From an uncultured Chloroflexia bacterium (GTDB taxonomy: Bacteria; Chloroflexota; Limnocylindria; Limnocylindrales; CSP1-4): a stretch of 64,000 nucleotides of DNA. The position numbers were made by a program, and so were the translations under genes. Shown piece by piece: positions 63,131 through 64,000 of this stretch. The stretch covers positions 49,442-113,441 of the forward strand of contig CAVRHD010000007.1 of the NCBI GenBank assembly GCA_963720965.1, in the 5' to 3' direction. The notes beneath the pieces were generated by a model, which was not told the DNA's origin, searched no databases, and saw only the letters and a program-made list of their open reading frames with translations. Positions within the stretch are counted from its first letter, which is position 1. The number at the start of each line of letters is the position of its first letter.

Positions 63131-63507
63131 GGCCCATTCGATGGGCGGTCGTGATCGTCGACTTCGACCCGTCGACCGGGCACGAGCAGTCCGGTCAACG
63201 GCGGGCACTCGTCGTGTCCTACGAGGCGTTTCACTCGTCCGGGATGGCCGCGGTCTGTCCGATCTCGGCACGCGACCCGAAGTATCCCGGCGAGGTGCCG
63301 ATCCCGATCGGAGAGGCCGGCCAGACAAAGGACGGCGTGATCCTCTGCCACCAGCTTCGCACGATCGACCTGACCCGGGTCACGACATTCGAGCTGGCAG
63401 GGCAGCCACAGCACGTTTCGGACCCGTCGGTCCGTAGGTCAGTCCGCTCGGCGCTTGCCCACCACCTGGGACTCGATCTGCCCGCCGTCGTCGATGGCGC
63501 GGCCTGA
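63127..63507 (+). CDS. MazF/PemK-family toxin
   Basis: 'VVIVDFDPSTGHEQSGQRRALVVS...AAVCPIS' matches the PemK/MazF N-terminal barrel signature; 126 aa. Confidence 0.65.
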   Translation: MRPIRWAVVIVDFDPSTGHEQSGQRRALVVSYEAFHSSGMAAVCPISARDPKYPGEVPIPIGEAGQTKDGVILCHQLRTIDLTRVTTFELAGQPQHVSDPSVRRSVRSALAHHLGLDLPAVVDGAA

Positions 63508-63563
63508 CCCGAGCGGTGGTCGCCGCCACGGGTCAGAGGAGCTGCTTTGTCTGGCCCGTTGCC

Positions 63564-64000
63564 TCAACAGACCTGGGCGATGACCGTGCCGCTGCCTCCG
63601 TGACCGGGGTTCGGCCCGTAGCCGGGGGTCCGTCTTGACCACGGTGATATGAGCGACGTCGCCCGAGATCGTCGAGCCCGACTTGCCATAGCTGCTCGTG
63701 ACGATGACGCCCATATAGCTTGGTAGCGGTCCGGACGGAGGCGATGCGCTATTGCCCGGACCCGCATTCCAGGTTGCGAGGCAGGTGGGGGTCGAGGGCT
63801 GTGGAGCGAAGCCCTTGAAGCTCGCGGCGCTGGCGCCGCCGATCGTTGGATTGTCCTTCGACCACTGGGCGCCCCAGAAGTCGACCGTCGTACCGACCAC
63901 GTTTTCCTTGTCGCCGATCGTGAACGCCCCGCCGCCGGGAGCGAACGCGAAGACCAGCACGTTCGAGCAGGTCGCCTTGGTCGAGCTCCCGCCGTCATCG
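63564..64000 (-). pseudogene. Secreted/hypothetical protein, 5' end outside the window, frameshift near 63640
   Basis: Minus-strand reading '...FAFAPGGGAFTIGDKENVVGTTVDFWGAQWSKDNPTIGGASAASFKGFAPQPSTP...' continues into the 63564..63998 frame ending '...GYGPNPGHGGSGTVIAQVC'. Confidence 0.4.

Overview
High-GC (~70%) chromosomal segment with an actinobacterial flavour. Gene content in order: (i) a 5'-truncated class III nucleotidyl-cyclase / STAND-ATPase / TPR regulator, an AI-2E transporter, a GH13 alpha-glucosidase and a GH1 beta-glucosidase; (ii) an N-acetylglucosamine/chitobiose utilisation locus: GH3 NagZ-like hydrolase, sugar ABC transporter, ROK kinase, ROK repressor, NagA, SIS-domain GlcN-6-P deaminase; (iii) a membrane-anchored BNR/Asp-box propeller protein; (iv) a second, tandem-cyclase STAND-TPR protein; (v) a giant (~2290 aa) secreted repeat protein with PLHNI short repeats, a PPC domain and five Ig-like repeats; (vi) a glycine-rich protein encoded by a 51-bp tandem-repeat array; (vii) tRNA-Gly(CCC) followed by an RHH-PIN toxin-antitoxin pair, an arabinose/beta-L-arabinofuranoside locus (araA-araD-araB, ABC transporter, GH127, LacI) and a 3'-tRNA-Gly-like direct repeat about 12.6 kb downstream, consistent with an integrase-less island; (viii) two further type II TA pairs, an LLM oxidoreductase, a third and a fourth cyclase-STAND-TPR paralog, the fourth flanked on both sides by DUF2652 (cyclase-fold) genes, a TetR/GT1 pair, MFS/GNAT, DUF5317 and Gfo/Idh/MocA genes. 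No rRNA, CRISPR array, integrase or transposase was seen. About 18 genes are interrupted by single-base frameshifts, roughly 30 in 64 kb, almost all in G/C runs. This pattern suggests assembly indel errors rather than genuine pseudogenisation and should be checked against reads. My line-based coordinates may be off by 1 nt in places. Where an ORF-track frame matched I used its coordinates.
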